In this document: positions 1 through 8,429 of the stretch, in pieces
Layout of the letters: each line of letters opens with the position of its first letter
Position numbering within the stretch: position 1 is the stretch's first letter
IMG/VR virus record: IMGVR_UViG_3300042885_001472
Reading direction: 5' to 3' (one strand)
Origin: a virus
Taxonomy: Duplodnaviria > Caudoviricetes
DNA: 64,000 bases
Made by a program: the position numbers and the translations under genes
The notes under the pieces: generated by a model
The model's database searches: none
Told to the model about the DNA's origin: nothing
What the model saw: only the letters and a program-made list of their open reading frames with translations

Positions 1-86
1 ATGATTATTACTTCCAGGATCTATATGTTGAAAATAATGAAGTATATTGTGAGATACACTTGAACTAAACCCCCTTTTAAACAGAT

Positions 87-392
87 ATGAAAAAACTTAA
101 AATTACCATAGAACCAAATAACTCTAATAAATTATTGGAACGTACACATAACATCTCCGATAAGATGTTTTATCTTGTTACATTACCCCTACAAGAATGG
201 GGACCTGAAATGGATGATGTAAGTGAAAAAAATGTAGTAAGACTTCATGATCCAATGTTCCAAGTTAGTGATATTGTTATGGAATTATGGATTGAAGAAA
301 CCTATGGTATTGAAAGAAAGGAATACTCTTTGGTGGATCTTGATGTTGACCCCACCAACGGGATAATAGAATACGATATAAAGATGAAATAA
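87..392 (+). CDS. hypothetical protein
   Basis: ORF track; C-terminus (DLDVDPTNGIIEY) resembles the next ORF. Confidence 0.6.
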   Translation: MKKLKITIEPNNSNKLLERTHNISDKMFYLVTLPLQEWGPEMDDVSEKNVVRLHDPMFQVSDIVMELWIEETYGIERKEYSLVDLDVDPTNGIIEYDIKMK

Positions 393-697
393 TGAAGGGG
401 TTAAGATTAATAGTAGTTAAAGGTGATAAGAGTGTTATGAATATTCCAATCCGGATAGAGGATCAGGTATTTACTTTATTAACATTAGATTGGGGTGTAC
501 CCAGTGTTGTGAGTGTTAAAGATTATGATAAGATTGAAGATTGTTTATATAGTATAAGAGATACTATAAGCCAATCTTATATTAAACACCACTTAGATTT
601 AGATTACCCCACAGATTATAAACACATTGATGTGGATATAAATAACGGAATGACCGAGGTTATGATAGAAATATTTATAAATGAAACAATTAATTAA
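392..697 (+). CDS. hypothetical protein, probable tandem paralog of 87..392
   Basis: Same length (101 aa); similar C-terminus HIDVDINNGMTEV; stop/start overlap. Confidence 0.6.
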   Translation: MKGLRLIVVKGDKSVMNIPIRIEDQVFTLLTLDWGVPSVVSVKDYDKIEDCLYSIRDTISQSYIKHHLDLDYPTDYKHIDVDINNGMTEVMIEIFINETIN

Positions 698-708
698 AAT
701 AGTTTATT

Positions 709-1437
709 ATGGCGGGAATAGTAAGAGAAAACATTGATAGGTGGTACGACCTTAATTTGGATGTGGATAATAGAACATTGTTTATGGGATCAGTAGGTTC
801 TGATAGTGAGGGTTCTGAAACCGGAGTGGATAACTTTATGGCTGAATACTTCATCAAGGGTATTCACGTATTGGAATCAAAGAATGATAAACCCATCACC
901 ATCATTATGAATAATCCTGGGGGTGACTGGTATCACGGAATGGCCATCTATGATTCGATCAATACATCCAAGTGTCATTGTACCATTAAGGTATATGGTC
1001 ACGCGATGTCAATGGGATCAATAATCTTACAGGCCGCGGATAAAAGAATAATGTTACCCAGTTCAAGGTTCATGATCCACTATGGTTATGATGGGAAGTA
1101 TGGTCACGCCAAGATGGTGGAGAAGTGGGCGGAGGAATGTAAAAGACTTAACCATAGTATGGAAAACATATACCTGGATAAACTAATGAAGAAGGAACTG
1201 GAACAAGGTATACCTTATATGGTTAATACATTTCAATCCATAATGAATAAACAAAAGGAATTTGATTACCCCACCAATAAGATCGGGGGAGTTAAGTATA
1301 CATTCTCCAGGAAGAATGATATTAGGAGAGAAGAATATAGAACCATACTAAAAGAAATGTTAAACTTTGATACCATACTCTCACCGGAAGAAACTATCTC
1401 ATTGGGATTCGCTGATGAAATATATCTACCCCTATAA
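709..1437 (+). CDS. clpP: ClpP-like protease (S14 family)
   Basis: INNPGG-like motif (MNNPGGDW), catalytic Ser context AMSMGSIIL, His motif RFMIH, C-terminal LSPEETISLGFADEI. Confidence 0.9.
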   Translation: MAGIVRENIDRWYDLNLDVDNRTLFMGSVGSDSEGSETGVDNFMAEYFIKGIHVLESKNDKPITIIMNNPGGDWYHGMAIYDSINTSKCHCTIKVYGHAMSMGSIILQAADKRIMLPSSRFMIHYGYDGKYGHAKMVEKWAEECKRLNHSMENIYLDKLMKKELEQGIPYMVNTFQSIMNKQKEFDYPTNKIGGVKYTFSRKNDIRREEYRTILKEMLNFDTILSPEETISLGFADEIYLPL

Positions 1438-1466
1438 AAAATAATTAATTATTTAACAAATAAAAG

Positions 1467-1497
1467 TTGTTTTTTAATTTTATTATATATATATTTG
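1467..1497 (+). promoter_or_regulatory. Bacteroidota-type housekeeping promoter
   Basis: TTG at 1467, TATATTTG at 1490-1497 (TAnnTTTG consensus), 22 nt before the ATG at 1520. Confidence 0.6.
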
Positions 1498-1519
1498 TAA
1501 CTTAAAACAATATAACTAT

Positions 1520-1699
1520 ATGAAAAAAATGATCATGATCTTGTCAATCGCCTTAGTAGGTTTGACATCATGTGGGTCTGGACCGGAAGGAACTGTTACA
1601 GCTGTAGATTCTACAGTAGTAGTAGTTGATACTCTTACAGTAGACACCACAGCGGTATCAACAACCACAACAACGGGCGTAGATACCACAAAGAAGTAG
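1520..1699 (+). CDS. small lipoprotein (59 aa), Thr/Val-rich
   Basis: Manual translation MKKMIMILSIALVGLTSCGSGPEGTVTAVDSTVVVVDTLTVDTTAVSTTTTTGVDTTKK; lipobox LTSC; below the ORF-track length cutoff. Confidence 0.8.
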   Translation: MKKMIMILSIALVGLTSCGSGPEGTVTAVDSTVVVVDTLTVDTTAVSTTTTTGVDTTKK

Positions 1700-2040
1700 T
1701 AGGGACACTTGTGGGGAGGGAAAGGGCTTAAACCCCTCCCTCCCCCCCTAAGCGCTCTCCTCCTATGGGGGTCCCCCCAGTATCCCCTCTCCTGGTGGGC
1801 GGGTTTTTAGGGGTAGTATGTGGGGGGTGATGGTGTGAGAAAATTTTCTGGGAATTTTTCATTTTACATTTTAGGACCTTTTCATTTTACAAATTATAAA
1901 ACAAATCTTGTTCAATATTATTCCGCGTTCGTGATTATTGAACAAACTAAAGATATTAAGATTTTATAAAGTCGACCCCCTTCTAAAAGGTGAGGGGATT
2001 TTTTAAAAATTTTTTTGGAAAATTTTAAGTTTCAAAAGTT
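1700..2040. other. non-coding island of G/C homopolymer tracts, a hairpin and AAAATTTT tracts
   Basis: GGGGAGGG..CTTAAA..CCCTCCCC hairpin, several C/G runs and GAAAATTTT elements, in an otherwise very AT-rich genome. Confidence 0.7.
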
Positions 2041-2069
2041 TGGAGTATTAATTAATAAAATATATAATA

Positions 2070-2297
2070 ATGACACAAATTAAAAAAGAACACTTAGTTT
2101 ATATGGATGATTACATCTATACACCAATATATTATAAAGGGGTACAGATAAAAGAGCCATTCTTTGAGGGTAAGGGTAATCATTCAGTTCATCAACTGGA
2201 GGAGTTATGTGAACAATTTAAAGATTATTGTCACCAACAAGCCATCATCAAACAAAATTGTATGAAACATATTATTGAGTTAAAGTTTGGGGGTTGA
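2070..2297 (+). CDS. hypothetical protein
   Basis: ORF track. Confidence 0.55.
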   Translation: MTQIKKEHLVYMDDYIYTPIYYKGVQIKEPFFEGKGNHSVHQLEELCEQFKDYCHQQAIIKQNCMKHIIELKFGG

Positions 2298-2314
2298 ATT
2301 TAAAGATTAGTATA

Positions 2315-2351
2315 CCCCCCCCCCCATCCACAAGAATTAAACTACCCCCCC
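2315..2351. repeat. poly-C tracts (C11 and C7)
   Basis: C run at 2315-2325 and at 2345-2351. Confidence 0.85.
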
Positions 2352-2439
2352 TTCCATCACCAGTTAATCAATCCACCTATCCCAGGATAAAATAATTTTT
2401 TAACCTCCCTAGACCATATTTATATAAAAACATAATAGT

Positions 2440-2757
2440 ATGAAAAACGTAATTAGGGAACAAATAAATAAAGTTAAGAATTTTGAAAAACTTATTAATG
2501 AGAATGTTGGGGATAAAAATAGTAAGTCAATTATTAATTTGATTTTTTCAGAAAATGAAATTGAAGAAATATATAGGATAAAAGATGATATAGCGTCAAA
2601 TTATTTAGATTCCCTAGATGTTGATCCCTTCACAAATGAAGATGATAGTGAGTTAGTAAATTTTGTTAAAAACACGATGACTAACAAAGGGGTTGAAGTA
2701 AGTGATGAAGAATTAAAAATTGTATTAGATTTAATTAATAGAAATATTTTAATTTAA
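2440..2757 (+). CDS. hypothetical late protein with a leader ending in LINE
   Basis: ATATTTAT at 2416-2423; N-terminus MKNVIREQINKVKNFEKLINE. Confidence 0.65.
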   Translation: MKNVIREQINKVKNFEKLINENVGDKNSKSIINLIFSENEIEEIYRIKDDIASNYLDSLDVDPFTNEDDSELVNFVKNTMTNKGVEVSDEELKIVLDLINRNILI

Positions 2758-2790
2758 AACTCCCCCTATCTCCAGATATATTTATACCAT

Positions 2791-3162
2791 ATGAAAGATT
2801 TAATTAAGAAGATACTAAAGGAAGAATTTAACCCCATTAATTACTACACAACATCAGGTCCAATGACAATGGATGATTTTATAGATATTGAGGTTGAGGA
2901 ACGGGAGAATTATGATCTTGATGATGTTAATGAGTGGATTGAAAAATATGACATTAAATCAAATGACGATATCATATGGGTGGCGTTAGAACCACACATC
3001 GCGGCGCGATATCAAATGAACAGTGGGGATTGGGATAACGCGAAAGAAGTTTATGATAGTAACCCCCATGATTTTGATGTTAAGGTTATAAATTCAAGTA
3101 AGGGATTTTTAATACCTGAAACGGATGATGGGGATGAGGGTTTCATATTTGTTTTTAGATAG
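2791..3162 (+). CDS. hypothetical late protein with an MKDLIKKILKE leader
   Basis: ATATTTAT at 2778-2785; acidic body. Confidence 0.7.
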   Translation: MKDLIKKILKEEFNPINYYTTSGPMTMDDFIDIEVEERENYDLDDVNEWIEKYDIKSNDDIIWVALEPHIAARYQMNSGDWDNAKEVYDSNPHDFDVKVINSSKGFLIPETDDGDEGFIFVFR

Positions 3163-3172
3163 TATTATTTAC

Positions 3173-3204
3173 TCCCCTATCCTTTATTGTGTAGGGGGCT
3201 TTTT
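3173..3204 (+). terminator. probable intrinsic terminator
   Basis: CCCCTA..TAGGGG stem followed by a T run after the 2791..3162 stop. Confidence 0.55.
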
Positions 3205-3276
3205 ATTGTCCATTAGAAACATACCAACTTTTTTTCTTTTTCAACCCCAAACCCCTTTATTCACATATTTATTGTT

Positions 3277-4455
3277 ATGAAAACCTTAAACGAACAAATT
3301 GAAAGAATTAATCAATTATCCAACTATGAGGTTGGTGTATTACTATCTGAACAAGATGTGGTTAATGATAAAGAAATGGTAATTAAAGGTGAAAGTTTTT
3401 TTGGTGATGGTAAATGGAAGAATTTATCAAAAGAAGGGTTAAATCATTTATTCAACGAATTAAAAAAAATGAGAACTTTTATTATTAACAATAAAAGTGG
3501 TGTTGTTTATATTAAAATTATCGCTGGTGAATCTCAAGTGACAAATTATGATTCTGAGGTAACCCCAAAAATCCCTGTAGAACCACGTTATTTATCATTA
3601 CATAGAGCGGATACGGTAAAAAAAGTTTTAACTAAATGGTTTAAAGATAGAAAAGATGAAGGTTTAATTAATGAAGTACCAATTTTTGAAGCTCCTGAAG
3701 TGGTTATAGGTAACAACTCTTATGTTAAAGGTGTAGATAACCCAGATGATAAAAAATATGTTCCAGAACGTTTTGTTAAAGTTGAGGTTAAAATTAAATC
3801 CCCATATGAATGTATTGTTGGATTAACGGTTGAGGTTATGTATAATAAAACTTATGACCCTAAATTTCCTTGTCGTGGTGGACATACTTGTAATGAGGCC
3901 AAATTTCAAGTAAATCTTAATGGTGTGTCAATTGGTATCGCTGATTTAAATAATGGTAGTTCACCAGATAGTGGTGGTAATAGAACTAGTGGTAAACTTA
4001 TTGTGGATGATTCAAAAGCCAAATCAATTATTGGTAATAAGAGTAAAAATATAATTATAAGTTTAAAATGTCTTTCTGGGGGTAATTGTCATTCTAGTAC
4101 ACCGGAAGTTAGAATATCTAAAGGAAATACAATCATTTATCATCAATGTTCACCATCAATAAATGATAGAGGTGAAACCCAGGAAAAAACTATTTTAGTT
4201 TTAGATAATTGTGGTAATTTATTACAAAAATCTAACCTACCGGCTGAAGAACAAAAAAAGGGGGATGATAAAAAAGATGTGAGTACCGTACCCCAAAAAA
4301 CATTAAAATCGTTAGATAATGATATTAAATTAATTACTGATTTAGTCACTAATAAAACTATAACTGGTAAGGGTAATTATTTTATTGTGAATAAAATGTT
4401 TAATCATAAAGGAACTCAATTTAATGTGAATGATACAATTTTGAATAAACCTTAG
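3277..4455 (+). CDS. hypothetical late protein with an MKTLNEQIERINQLS leader
   Basis: ATATTTAT at 3265-3272; 26-aa leader shared with 6399..7337; several Cys. Confidence 0.75.
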   Translation: MKTLNEQIERINQLSNYEVGVLLSEQDVVNDKEMVIKGESFFGDGKWKNLSKEGLNHLFNELKKMRTFIINNKSGVVYIKIIAGESQVTNYDSEVTPKIPVEPRYLSLHRADTVKKVLTKWFKDRKDEGLINEVPIFEAPEVVIGNNSYVKGVDNPDDKKYVPERFVKVEVKIKSPYECIVGLTVEVMYNKTYDPKFPCRGGHTCNEAKFQVNLNGVSIGIADLNNGSSPDSGGNRTSGKLIVDDSKAKSIIGNKSKNIIISLKCLSGGNCHSSTPEVRISKGNTIIYHQCSPSINDRGETQEKTILVLDNCGNLLQKSNLPAEEQKKGDDKKDVSTVPQKTLKSLDNDIKLITDLVTNKTITGKGNYFIVNKMFNHKGTQFNVNDTILNKP

Positions 4456-4670
4456 TTACCAATAACATTTGTAGTGTCAACAGACATTCCCATAATTATA
4501 TCCCTATCGTCTTTTGAAAGTTCTTTAAGACACTTTTTAAGTCCTCTCATCATCATACGATCAGCCTTTCTTTCTGTAATTTTTTTACCATTAGTTAATG
4601 TTATAGTTTTTTTACTAACACAAGATGTTATTAAAAGGATTGATACGAGTACTAAGATTAATTTTTTCAT
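4452..4670 (-). CDS. small lipoprotein
   Basis: Signal peptide MKKLILVLVSILLITSC with lipobox. Confidence 0.75.
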   Translation of the reverse strand: MKKLILVLVSILLITSCVSKKTITLTNGKKITERKADRMMMRGLKKCLKELSKDDRDIIMGMSVDTTNVIGN

Positions 4671-4863
4671 AACTTTAAATTTTAATTGTTAATAATAGTT
4701 TAATTACTGTAAAGATATGGTTTTATTTTCATATAAACAAATTATTTTAATATTTTTACATAAAATATTGATAATCAATTAAATAAAATATAAATTTTAT
4801 GAACTAAAATACCCATACCGATTATTTAAATCCAAAAACCCCTTCATTAAGATATTTATCCTT

Positions 4864-5451
4864 ATGATAAAAATATTATATATATTCCTAATACTTTACC
4901 CCACCATATTATTTTCTCAATTAAGAGATTCCGTTAAAATTAAAACCCCTATCTTTGAGATTATATATAGTGAAATTAAAGAAAGTCCCCTATTGGTGAA
5001 ATACCATGTTGAATGTCCTATGGGAACTATTCCAAGAACTGGTATGAATTTCTATGGTAATGATTCAATCCATACATCTGACGATTTAGATTACATTAAT
5101 AATGTTTACGATAAAGGACATATGGCCCCAGCGGCTGATTTTAATTGTACCAAGGAACTATTAAAACAAACATTTACCTATTTAAATTGTGTACTACAAA
5201 ACCAGTATTTAAATCGAGGTGTTTGGAAAATGTTGGAGATACAAGAAAGATTGTGGGCGAAGAATGATGATGTTGATGTAACTATTGAAATTAAATTTAA
5301 TAAAACTTGTAAAAAATTGGTCTCCGGAGCTGCAATCCCATTAGGATTTTATAAAACAATTAAATTAAAGAAAAAAAATAAAGTTTATAAGTACTATTTC
5401 CCAAATATAAAACCGGTAAAGGATAAATTTTTATATTATCAAATTAAATAG
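4864..5451 (+). CDS. secreted DNA/RNA non-specific endonuclease (NucA-like)
   Basis: YDKGHMAPAADF (DRGH-type) motif, QNQYLNRGVWKMLE, N-terminal signal peptide. Confidence 0.9.
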   Translation: MIKILYIFLILYPTILFSQLRDSVKIKTPIFEIIYSEIKESPLLVKYHVECPMGTIPRTGMNFYGNDSIHTSDDLDYINNVYDKGHMAPAADFNCTKELLKQTFTYLNCVLQNQYLNRGVWKMLEIQERLWAKNDDVDVTIEIKFNKTCKKLVSGAAIPLGFYKTIKLKKKNKVYKYYFPNIKPVKDKFLYYQIK

Positions 5452-5463
5452 ATATTTATTGTT

Positions 5464-6366
5464 ATGAAAATTATCATTACAGAATCTCAATATGAATTAC
5501 TAAACGAACAATTAGCTAAATACATTGGTAAAGGTATTGGTAAATTATTTAAATCAACACCAAAGGTTATTAAGTCAATTACACCGGAAATTAAAACATT
5601 AAATAGTGAATTATATAGAGTAATTCCACCTCAATATTTAAAAAACGAAAAAGAAGTTTCTTTATATATTTCCAGATTAAAAAGTCTTAATCAAGATTTA
5701 AATAAAATAAATGTGGATTACATAAAAAAATATGGACAAAAAGCGTATGATGATATTTTAATAAATTTTATTCTTGGTGGTTCTAACGAGAAAACTTTTT
5801 TAAATACATTAAAGAATGTGAAAAACCCAAATATAAGATTAAAACCCATTTTAGGTTTAGGTCGAGAACATTATGTATTTGAATCGGTATTATACCCTAA
5901 TAAAATTATTAAAGTTGAATCATCTCCTGGTACTATTAATAAATGGTATAGTATTTTTAAAAGTAGACCTGATATTTTTCCAGTAATGTTTAAAACTTTA
6001 AAAGTAACTGGTAAGGAAGGTGAAAAATTAATGGGTGTTGTTTTGGAAAGATTAGATACTTCAAAATTCATAAAATTATGGGGTGAAATTGAATCTGAAA
6101 TGTATCCACTTTTTAAAAATTTACCAATATCAGAAAGAGAAGTTTCATTGGAAGGTATTGTCAAATATATTAAAACCCCTAAAGTGAGAAAACAATGGGT
6201 AGAACTTTTAAATTTTACAAAAAAAGAAAAGCCTAATTTAACTCGAAGTATTGATGAGTTTTCAAAGATGGTGAATGAATTATATAAAATAACACCAAAT
6301 CCTGACATTAGAAAATTTAATTTTGGTTATGATGATAAAGGTGTTTTAAAATGTTTAGATATTTAA
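5464..6366 (+). CDS. protein kinase-like protein with an MKIIITESQ leader
   Basis: Gly-loop ILGLGREHYVF, IIKV lysine, GVVLERL hinge, catalytic loop PDIRKFN, terminal LDI. Confidence 0.65.
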   Translation: MKIIITESQYELLNEQLAKYIGKGIGKLFKSTPKVIKSITPEIKTLNSELYRVIPPQYLKNEKEVSLYISRLKSLNQDLNKINVDYIKKYGQKAYDDILINFILGGSNEKTFLNTLKNVKNPNIRLKPILGLGREHYVFESVLYPNKIIKVESSPGTINKWYSIFKSRPDIFPVMFKTLKVTGKEGEKLMGVVLERLDTSKFIKLWGEIESEMYPLFKNLPISEREVSLEGIVKYIKTPKVRKQWVELLNFTKKEKPNLTRSIDEFSKMVNELYKITPNPDIRKFNFGYDDKGVLKCLDI

Positions 6367-6398
6367 GTTATTAACCCTTCATCAATATATTTATTATT

Positions 6399-7337
6399 AT
6401 GAAAAACTTAAATGAACAAATAGAAAGGATTAATCAATTATCCGAATATAAGGTTGGTGTTGTTATTAATGAACAATCATCAACTGGGTGTAATTATTCT
6501 GATTATCAAAATGGTGATGGTATTAAAAAACCAAAAATTACGGTCACTAAATCACCGACTGGTGTTGATTTAACATATGAGGGTCCGGAAACTGGTTTTT
6601 GTATACAACATTCAAAAGGTTCTACCGGTGATAGTATTCACCAATTAGCTGGTGTGACTCGTGTAATTGTTTCACAATATCTAAAAGAATTATATAAACA
6701 AGGAACATTTGTTTATCCAGATTTAAAAAATATTGGTATGACTAAAAAAGATAAATTTTTTAGTATTAATGTACCATTTGTTAAAACTACTGAAAGTAAG
6801 GCTATCACAAATTTCAATGAACGTGGTGGTTGGGGACATACCGGTAACGATTCATTTAACGATTTTCTATCCACAATATCTGATACCACAAAATATGGTT
6901 TAGTTACTAAAGAAACTAAAGTGGCTTCTGGTGGTAATTCACCTGACATTACTGAAAATTGGGTATCATTTAGAGATCTTGAAAAATTTCCTATTATGAC
7001 ATCAACTGAAGGTGTGGATGAGTCTAATGAAAAAATTGAAAAAATTGAACATAATAATAATCCAAATATTTTAAGAGAAAGGTTAAAAAAGTTGGGTGTT
7101 ATAATCAATCCAAGTGTCAAATATGTGGGTACTAATAATGGGTATGTTGAAGTAAAATACTTAACAAATTGTCCTAATGAAGGAAAATGTGATAAAGTAA
7201 ATTTAAGTTATGTTTTTTCTGATAGTGGTGAAGAAGATACTGTATTAGAAAAAGTTAAAATTAAAAATACTATTGTAGATGAAATTGATTATTCTATGAA
7301 AGGTGTTAAAGGATATATTATTACTATCCAACAATAA
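6399..7337 (+). CDS. hypothetical late protein with an MKNLNEQIERINQLS leader
   Basis: ATATTTAT at 6387-6394; leader shared with 3277..4455. Confidence 0.75.
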   Translation: MKNLNEQIERINQLSEYKVGVVINEQSSTGCNYSDYQNGDGIKKPKITVTKSPTGVDLTYEGPETGFCIQHSKGSTGDSIHQLAGVTRVIVSQYLKELYKQGTFVYPDLKNIGMTKKDKFFSINVPFVKTTESKAITNFNERGGWGHTGNDSFNDFLSTISDTTKYGLVTKETKVASGGNSPDITENWVSFRDLEKFPIMTSTEGVDESNEKIEKIEHNNNPNILRERLKKLGVIINPSVKYVGTNNGYVEVKYLTNCPNEGKCDKVNLSYVFSDSGEEDTVLEKVKIKNTIVDEIDYSMKGVKGYIITIQQ

Positions 7338-7343
7338 TTAAAT

Positions 7344-7814
7344 ATGAAACTATTAATTAAAAAAATCTTAAAGGAAAATATTGATGATAAAATATTTGAT
7401 TTTGTTTTAACTAACATTGAAAGGGGAATTATTAAACCACCCTACGTTAAAACTTTGTCTGAAGATTTTGATTTACCTAATGATCAAATTAAAAGTATAT
7501 TGAAAAAAATTATTGGTGGTAAAGTTACTATGTATAAAAATGGTGATACACTGGTTATTGATCGTAGGGAAAACCGTTTATATGAAGAACATAAAGATGG
7601 TTGGTGGATTAAACAACTTTTTGATGAAAGGGATAATTTAATTTATAGTGAAACTCACGATGGTTGGGCTAAATGGGAATATGATGGGAATCGGAATCTG
7701 ACATACTATGAAAATGATGAAGGTACTTGGGAAAAGATAATGTATGATAAGTGGTCTAATAAAATAATTTATAATGAAACATCTGATGAAGGTGTAGTTA
7801 AAGATCTTAGATGA
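7344..7814 (+). CDS. hypothetical protein with an MKLLIKKILKE leader and short beta-repeat C-terminus
   Basis: Repeats of the type WAKWEYDGNRNLTYYENDEG. Confidence 0.7.
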   Translation: MKLLIKKILKENIDDKIFDFVLTNIERGIIKPPYVKTLSEDFDLPNDQIKSILKKIIGGKVTMYKNGDTLVIDRRENRLYEEHKDGWWIKQLFDERDNLIYSETHDGWAKWEYDGNRNLTYYENDEGTWEKIMYDKWSNKIIYNETSDEGVVKDLR

Positions 7815-8308
7815 AAAATTTAATTAGGAAAATATTAAAAGAATCAGTTGATAATAGAGTTATAGGTCTTATCAATAAAATGAATTTATCAACTTTTAGT
7901 GAAATTGATAACTTTTTAGAAGAGGTTGGGTATAGTGATGATGAAATTATTGAAATTTATCACAATTACTTTAAAACTATTAGTGGTTTAGAATTAAATC
8001 CTACAAACTGGATGGACTTTTACTTTAGTCCTGATCAATTGGAAATTTTTGAAGATAATAATTATCCCAATACATTATTTATCAAAAAAAATGGTAAGGT
8101 TGTAATGGAAAAAGATAAAAATTTTGAGGAAAATAAATATAAGATTATTTTTATAGATTATCGTTTAATTTGGTCTGTACTTAATAACTTATTTTTTATG
8201 AAAGATACGGAAGTAACTAATTTTTTAAATGAATGGTTGGAAGAAAATTTTAAAATAAAAAACTACAAACCTGTTTATCAATCGTTATCAACATACGGAA
8301 GTAACTAA
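7811..8308 (+). CDS. hypothetical protein with an MKNLIRKILKE leader
   Basis: ORF track; ATGA overlap with the upstream gene. Confidence 0.7.
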   Translation: MKNLIRKILKESVDNRVIGLINKMNLSTFSEIDNFLEEVGYSDDEIIEIYHNYFKTISGLELNPTNWMDFYFSPDQLEIFEDNNYPNTLFIKKNGKVVMEKDKNFEENKYKIIFIDYRLIWSVLNNLFFMKDTEVTNFLNEWLEENFKIKNYKPVYQSLSTYGSN

Positions 8309-8378
8309 TTTTTTAACTGGTTGGTTAAAAGAAAATTTTAATATAGAGGGTTATAGACCTATTTATCAATCGTTATAA
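8205..8378 (+). repeat. diverged tandem duplication (88-nt period) of a gene 3' end
   Basis: ATACGGAAGTAACTAATTTTTTAA at 8205 and 8293; 14 mismatches over 81 aligned nt. Confidence 0.85.
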
Positions 8379-8429
8379 ATTATATAAAGTTAAAAATTAC
8401 TTTTTAAACTTTAATTGATATTTATACAT

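Noticed and set aside
8205-8378. Diversity-generating retroelement TR/VR pair
   Set aside because: Only 9 of 14 mismatches fall at adenines of copy 1 (5 are G or C changes), and there is no reverse transcriptase in the window.
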